From Yuukianura sp. NJ FZ-2021 (lineage: Eukaryota): 64,000 nt of DNA. Made by a program: the position numbers and the translations under genes. The notes beneath the pieces were generated by a model. That model saw nothing but the letters and a program-made list of their open reading frames with translations, was not told the DNA's origin and searched no databases. How positions within the stretch are numbered: the stretch's first letter is position 1; every line of letters starts with the position of its first letter. Positions 51,746 to 64,000 of the stretch are shown in pieces. The stretch spans positions 4,216,001 to 4,280,000 of the forward strand of contig CM102284.1 of the NCBI GenBank assembly GCA_046563655.1. Direction: 5' to 3'.

Positions 51746-52957
51746 TTACCGACGTATAGGCGTATGACCTGCTGCCAGCACAGTACGATGATGCTGGTAG
51801 TTGTGTTGACTTGGATTGGCAAAATACTGGCCATGAAAATTTTCCACATCATGCTTACTGGCCGGAATTAAGTAAAATGGCGATTCGGCCCTACCGGCAG
51901 TGCCGTAACCATGTCCATCCATCTTCAACATTTGTATCAAGTACCCATAACTTGGAAATTGGCCTACACTGGCACCATGGGAGCTTATCTCATATGGATC
52001 GTTTGGTATGAACCCTGAATGGTCACTTTGAAAGTGCTGACCTCCTTGACCTGCGTCCGGGTTAACAAATGGGTTACCCGGACCAAGTCCATTCTGGGTT
52101 ACTTCGGAGTAGACTTGCTTTGCCCCATGGGGGTTAGACTCCGGACGGGTAATTGGAACAAGGTCATCCACATCTTTAAAATTATGAAACCGATCTTTCA
52201 TGACCCAAACAGTATTGCGGTTTCTCAAACTTCCGCTGGGGTTATGCGAGACATGTCCTGATGAATAAGAGGTCGTGACCCCTCCCTTGTTAAACGTTGG
52301 CACACTGTTTTCGTAAGCATATGGAAACGAAGTGAAAGTGGTGACCTGCTGAGGACCGCCAATTCCATTGTATTCAAATTTGTAGGGTGACAGTTGTCGT
52401 TGATGAGTGACCTTGTTTTCATGTCGTGAATGGGAAGGACTAGAGTAGTAAGTGTTGCGATTAATTTCCATTGGGAACAATGACGAAGGGGGGACAGGGG
52501 GTTCTGCATGAGCAGAATGGAAATGCGAACTGAAGGGCGGAGATGATTGCGGATTTTCCCAGTAAGTACTTCCCCCATTAACAATTGATGATGGTTGTGA
52601 CGATGAGTAGTACGCCGATCCAGGAAACGATTGTTGCGAATTGGAATTTGAGAAGTATTTCATCAGCGATGGAAATGTTGCGGAGATTTCTTGCTGCTCG
52701 TATGTTTTTACAGGAAATTTAGTGGAAATTGGTCGCAACGCCGAACTTTTAGTTTTCAGTGAGCCTAGAGCAAGCGTTGGATTAACCGCTCGTGAATCTT
52801 TTGATTTTCGAGTCATAATTCGCGGAACGATTTCTTCAGTATCAGTATGATTCCTGAAATTTCCATAATGCGAATTCGTCGTTTCTGAATTTCTCAAATC
52901 GGAATCTAGAATACTGGAAGATGGCGACCGGCGGGAACGAAAGTCGATCTTTGTTTT
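51746..52957 (-). CDS. 403-codon low-complexity S/H/P/Y/G-rich exon; probable alternative terminal exon of the Reeler gene, or a separate gene
   Basis: Open frame from the acceptor ttttag|AAA at 52957 to TAA at 51746. It is phase 0, matching the Reeler exon-4 donor, and has no ATG near its 5' end. Confidence 0.6.
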   Translation of the reverse strand, partial: KTKIDFRSRRSPSSSILDSDLRNSETTNSHYGNFRNHTDTEEIVPRIMTRKSKDSRAVNPTLALGSLKTKSSALRPISTKFPVKTYEQQEISATFPSLMKYFSNSNSQQSFPGSAYYSSSQPSSIVNGGSTYWENPQSSPPFSSHFHSAHAEPPVPPSSLFPMEINRNTYYSSPSHSRHENKVTHQRQLSPYKFEYNGIGGPQQVTTFTSFPYAYENSVPTFNKGGVTTSYSSGHVSHNPSGSLRNRNTVWVMKDRFHNFKDVDDLVPITRPESNPHGAKQVYSEVTQNGLGPGNPFVNPDAGQGGQHFQSDHSGFIPNDPYEISSHGASVGQFPSYGYLIQMLKMDGHGYGTAGRAESPFYLIPASKHDVENFHGQYFANPSQHNYQHHRTVLAAGHTPIRR

Positions 52958-53157
52958 CTAAAAATTGCAAATTGTGTAAATTCATACAAAAAGAAGTTCA
53001 TATGAATTTTATTTTGCAAAGTTAACCGAAATCAGGTATTTACAGTTTGGTGGTCACTAATAAGTAAATTTAGGAAAAGCGGTGCAAATTTCGGATGTTG
53101 AAATAAAGTGCTGACGATTCTGCTGAAAAACGTAACCCAAACCCAACCGGAGAAGTT

Positions 53158-54030
53158 TTAAACCTAAAGAGAAAGTTTGATGAGAAAGTTTAGAAAGTTA
53201 ATTAGTGCATTTTAGCTCATTTTTAAAACTTTCATTTTAATTCAGTTGGTTCTACCTTGACTGTAAGTGGACCTCCTTTGACAAACGTCCAGATCTTCTC
53301 AAATTCAGCAACAAACGTTGCACTGTAAATTTAAGCAAAACATTTAGAAACAGTACATTTCATGTAAAATATTTAAAAGTCTTAAAACCTCATCGTAGTT
53401 TCACAGTGAAACTTTCACTTACTAGAAGTTGATTTCACCCTGATAGTCTTTAGGTGCAGTCCAGTACAGGATGACCTCTGCCTTTTCACCCCGTACTTTG
53501 TGGAACGCCGCGTTCTAAACCACAATTATTCCGTGATTTAAGAAAAAATAAGAAATTTGATGAAATTAATAGAAATTTTATGAAAATTTTGAAGTTTGCG
53601 TCTTACATTCACTCCGCCAGGACAACTGTGAGTACCAGTGACCTTGGAATCGCTTGGAAGAAAAGTTCCAACAGGAGTTCCATCAGGCTTACGGGCCTGA
53701 ATGTAGTAGCCCTTGAAGGGTGTAGGACCGTCCTTGCCCGACAGAACAACTGAAACAGAGAAATTTCACTTTTATTTTTGACCTAGAAGCTCTCAAAACA
53801 ATCAAAATTTACCGTCGATTGTTAGAAAGTTTACCTCTGACTTTGTCCCCTTGTTTGACTATTTTTGGATCCACTTTAACCTGGTATGGAGCTGGGGAAT
53901 CCTGGGGGTCTACTCCGTGACCTGGCTTCATTGACTTACATGCACCGTCTGGAACGGAAGTGGGGTAGCACAGTACACTGGAAACGAAGACGCTGATGAC
54001 CAGCAGCGACGTTCCGAACGAGCGAGCCAT
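53158..54030 (-). CDS. Secreted Reeler-domain (defense protein-like) protein, about 167 aa
   Basis: Exons 54030-53835, 53749-53607, 53514-53423 and 53322-53256, then GTT TAA at 53163-53158. Signal peptide followed by YPTSVPDGACKSMKPGH...PQDSPAPY, FKGYYIQAR, WTAP and FYATFVAEFEKIW. Confidence 0.88.
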
Positions 54031-55262
54031 CTTCTTGATTCCTTCTGTTTTCGTCTAGTTTTGTCCTGCGTGTTAAAATGCTCCAACGAAGACTTCTGAA
54101 ATCTGAAGTGGACATGCAATTGTCACATTTTCAAAATTATGATGACATCAAAACAACTAAATCCTGAAATGATTTTCTACCAAAATTGAGCTGGAGCTGG
54201 ACTAACCTAGCACTAGTCCTGTTTCTGAAATCAAGTGCTGCGAATATGTTCAAAATGAATAAGTTGTGTTATTAGGAAAAGAATTATTAGGACGCACGCA
54301 ACGCTTTTTAATTGTTGTTCAATTCACTACCACTACAATGAGGTATTAAATTTTGGGAAAAGCCTATAGTGAATGCTAATGTCTGTCAAGTCCTTGACAG
54401 CCTTGCTCAATAATTGCTTGATTAGCTATTTTGCTTGCAAAAACAAAAACACGGAATTTTGTTTTCTGCTGGTACTGCTAAATACTGCCAGCAGTTTCAG
54501 CTTTACATGAATACTGGTGGTACCGTTTACGGTATTCTCAACGTTGGATGCGAAAAGAAAAGATTAACGCCCTGATGTTAACTCTTGTCTTAATTAACTT
54601 TGGCTACTTTAGCACATACTAATTCATCTAACCCTAAAAACTTGTTCAACCATACGGTCTACTCGGCCTACTGTACTTACGTTTTGATAATATCCGAACG
54701 AAATGTCAGGTCAGTCTTCAGTCAGGACTTCTTTGCAAGCACTTTTGACCCGACCGGAGGACAGATTTCGACTAAATCTGTCTTTCAATTCTTGATTGTC
54801 TTTACTTTTGGCATTAGCATTCGGGCAACAATCCTTTGGGTGGTGCAGTTCATTCTGCAATTCAAGTTGCCAAAACCAAGTTTAGTAACGTTAGGATTCT
54901 TGACAATCCGCCACCTCAAGCATCTTTAGCTTAAGATGATTCTTGTTTAAGGAGGAAAGATGAAGGGGGCGATGGCGGGGAAGGGGATGATCTTAGTCAT
55001 TTGTTCTTTGAGATTTTACGAGATGAGTTTTTGCAGTTCGAGGCAACGACCGACCCCTTAAGAAATGCTCAGCTCCTGTTCCTAGCACCGGGAAGATGTC
55101 GAATCTTGGTTGTCCATTTTGAAATACAAAAACTAACTGTACCAATCAACTACTTCAATTGGTATAATGTGCAAAAATTAGAATCAGTAGTACTGGAACT
55201 TAGTTTGCAAATTACAAAACTTGGTATGGCGTGGTTACCAGAAACTCCGCGGATGCGTATCG

Positions 55263-55271
55263 CCCTCTTTT
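55263..55271 (+). promoter_or_regulatory. Candidate TCT initiator / 5'TOP pyrimidine tract of RPS24
   Basis: CCCTCTTTT about 180 nt upstream of the RPS24 ATG. Ribosomal-protein genes typically start in such tracts; the TSS is not verifiable here. Confidence 0.4.
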
Positions 55272-55445
55272 GGCGGTTGGTTGAGTCAAAACCTGCAAAG
55301 AGAGACATCAATTTTTACTGTAATTTTCAAAGTCTTCACCTCACCGTGTGCTTGTGTGTATGGGAAGCCGACACGAAAATCTGTATTCATCGATTACAAA
55401 TTCATCCAGTATTTGGTCGATTAATAACATAAATTGTCATCAATC

Positions 55446-57030
55446 ATGGTAAGAAATTGGTTTCTTAATTACTGGTCATTGTTTTAATACGTTGTGTTAG
55501 TGTATAGATAGATATTAAGCGTAGGGATTAGTTATAATCCTGATTTTTTTTTGTGAATTTTTTTGATTTTGTGGTGATGACCCGAGGTCATTGTGGAAAT
55601 ATAAAGAGTTATGAGTTTTATTTTGGATTTCAGTCGGAAGGTACGGCGACAATTCGGACGAGGAAGTTCATGACTAACCGGTTACTGGCCAGACGTCAAA
55701 TGGTAGTTGATGTTCTTCATCCTGGCAAGGCATCTCTCCCTAAGACAGAAATCCGAGAGAAATTGGCCAAATTGTACAAGACTACCCCAGATGTTGTATT
55801 CTGTTTTGGATTTAAAACAGCATTTGGAGGAGGTCGTAGTTCAGGATTCGCTCTCATCTATGATTCCCTGGACGTAGCCAAGAAGTTCGAACCCAAATAC
55901 AGACTGGCTAGGGTATGTCAATAGTTGTAATTTATAGCCAGATTCTGTTTTCCAGTGTTGAAGTTTGGGCACAGCTTTAGATCCCAATTCGAATGGTTAA
56001 TGCCACATTCGAGGTGGGAGTCGGACCTGTGCGAAATTGATTTCAACGAGCTGCTTGCTAAATTCAAGTCTGTTCTAGCTTGAGTTCGCAGCCCTTGAAA
56101 CAAAATACTGTTAATTCATAAACTTATGTACATTGACAGTATTTTATTTAGATACTTTTCAATTCCTTTCCAACACTTCAGTTCAGTTAACACCTAATCG
56201 TTTTGTTTTAATTTTCGTAGCATGGACTCTTCGAGAAGGGAAAGACGACACGCAAGCAGCGCAAGGAAAGGAAAAACCGAATGAAGAAAGTTCGGGGAAC
56301 GAAAAAGTCCAAGGTCGGAGCAGCGACGAAGAAGGTTAGTTTTCCTGAACTTTTCCATATTCTTACTATTACTTCATAAATTATTTTAGATAAATTGTAA
56401 GTAGCAGTCCATCGTCTATCGAATAATTAAGCTTTAAGGGTTGCGGCTTGGGTATGCTTGTTTGGTAGCTAAAAGAGTGAATGGTTGATGAATCGCGAAA
56501 AATCATTCTCAATGAACTAAACTGTAATTTTGTTTGTAAATCTGCTGCGATCAAGCGAGGAAAGTAAACCAGCAACAACGTCCCTGCGATTCGATCAAAT
56601 TTCAAACTGGTGAGGGGTTGCTGAGTTGGTGTGCGACTTTATTATGTGTTGATTTTGTGTTAGGTTTTCGCTTTGCTTTATTTCAAGCTTTTTAATTAGA
56701 ATGTTTAGTTAATTTGTCTTAGTTAACGGTACTTACCATATTTGAAGGGCACAGCTTTTAGATCTTGTTTCACCAGGCGTTCTTGCCTCATTGTGACTCA
56801 AGAGTCGGATCTGTGCAAAAGTAAAGTGTGGAGTCACTAACTTCAAATTAAGTTCGAAATTGAAAAACTTGAAAGTGATTTCATTCTACACCTTCCAATG
56901 TCTAGCTATAATTCCTTTTTCGTTAAGTTTGTTTTAGTTTAGTTTGATTTTGTTGTGAAGTTTTCTTTAAGATTGTTGATAGGTTGTCGATAAATCTTAA
57001 TCAATGATTTTTGTTTTATTTTTGCAGTAA
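55446..57030 (+). CDS. RPS24: 40S ribosomal protein S24 (eS24)
   Basis: ATG-only coding exon 55446-55448, exons 55634-55912 and 56221-56334, and a final exon starting with TAA (57028-57030). [26 protein letters not shown]...[14 protein letters not shown]...[14 protein letters not shown]. Confidence 0.97.
55967..56105 (+). ncRNA. Candidate box H/ACA snoRNA in RPS24 intron 2
   Basis: Hairpin 1: GCACAG/CTGTGC lower stem, 7x7 internal loop, TCCCA/TGGGA and TCGAATG/CATTCGA upper stems. Imperfect H box (AAATTG). Hairpin 2: TTCAA/TTGAA and AATTCAAG/CTTGAGTT. ACA at 56100-56102. Confidence 0.55.
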
Positions 57031-57704
57031 ACTGGACGGATCCTGGAAGACCTCATTTGGATTTGTTACTGTACATCATTTTAAGTTTTCTTTACTCTTG
57101 CGTAAGAAAATAAAGGCGAGATTTTGTCTTAACCAATTCCAAGAAGCTCCAGCCGTTGATTTCGCCGTTCGTTGTTAATTTCTCTGGATTTTATTCATTT
57201 TTCCACTGCTGACCACACCTAGTACGTTAGAATGAGATTCGCAAACAAAACTTCAATCAACTAACACAATTTCTCTAAATCCCTGCCATGATGAACGATT
57301 TCTTGCAAACTTTTCTTAAACTACTTTTAACACATTAAATTTAAAGTCCTTCAGTTAATAATATTGATTGGTATGAAGAAGCTAAGTATTCACCGTAACT
57401 TTAATGAAGGAGAAAAGTTACAATCATAGTTAAAGTTAGCATTATAGTTGCAAACCAAGGACTAGCAGAGTCTCTTACAAGTTACAATTTCAAAGTGGTA
57501 AGACTAAATCATTTTTTTAATAATACAAATTCTTTATATACATTTTAAAACAAACTTATTTTTTACTCTGCCTTTTGTTTTAGAAAACGACAAAGTACGA
57601 ATACTGCTGAAATCTTCCAGGAAGAAGTGGAAGTTGACGTTCAGAAGAGGCGGGAGACATGACGGCCAACGTCTGGGGGGATCGTGACCTTGACCTCAGA
57701 GCTT

Positions 57705-63986
<6,282 letters not shown>

Positions 63987-64000
63987 CTATCCCAGAGGTC

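Noticed and set aside
54600-55432. 109-aa and 143-aa ORFs upstream of RPS24
   Set aside because: Non-ATG starts, no recognisable motifs, and they overlap the probable promoter.
56553-56570. GAGGAAAGT as an RNase P/MRP CR-I motif in an RPS24 intron
   Set aside because: Lacks the following CC/CU bases and any matching CR-V/P4 partner.

Overview
Eukaryotic genomic DNA with spliceosomal genes and mostly 60-100 nt introns. The proteins and gene structures suggest a compact arthropod/hexapod genome (inference). Genes in order: 5' part of CNOT6/CCR4 (-) with an intronless antisense ORF nested in its intron; FNIP (+); NDUFB4 (-); UBE2D (-); an uncharacterised coiled-coil gene (+) whose 16.4-kb first intron holds a decayed coding relic, a 43-bp palindrome array, a 15-bp satellite and an 8-bp-TSD MITE; an internally deleted Tc1/mariner-superfamily element; an EFCAB9-like gene (+) with a long C-terminal extension; SSR4 (+); eIF3g (+); a divergent p53-family gene (-); a Reeler-domain gene (-) with alternative 3' ends; RPS24 (+) with a candidate intronic H/ACA snoRNA; and the 3' part of Pitx (-). 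All exon models were built by hand from GT-AG sites and frame continuity, and family calls rest on recalled motifs, not database searches. The most notable items are the extended EFCAB9 (a CatSper Ca2+-sensor homolog), the p53 with an altered Zn site and L3 loop, the snoRNA candidate and the palindrome array.
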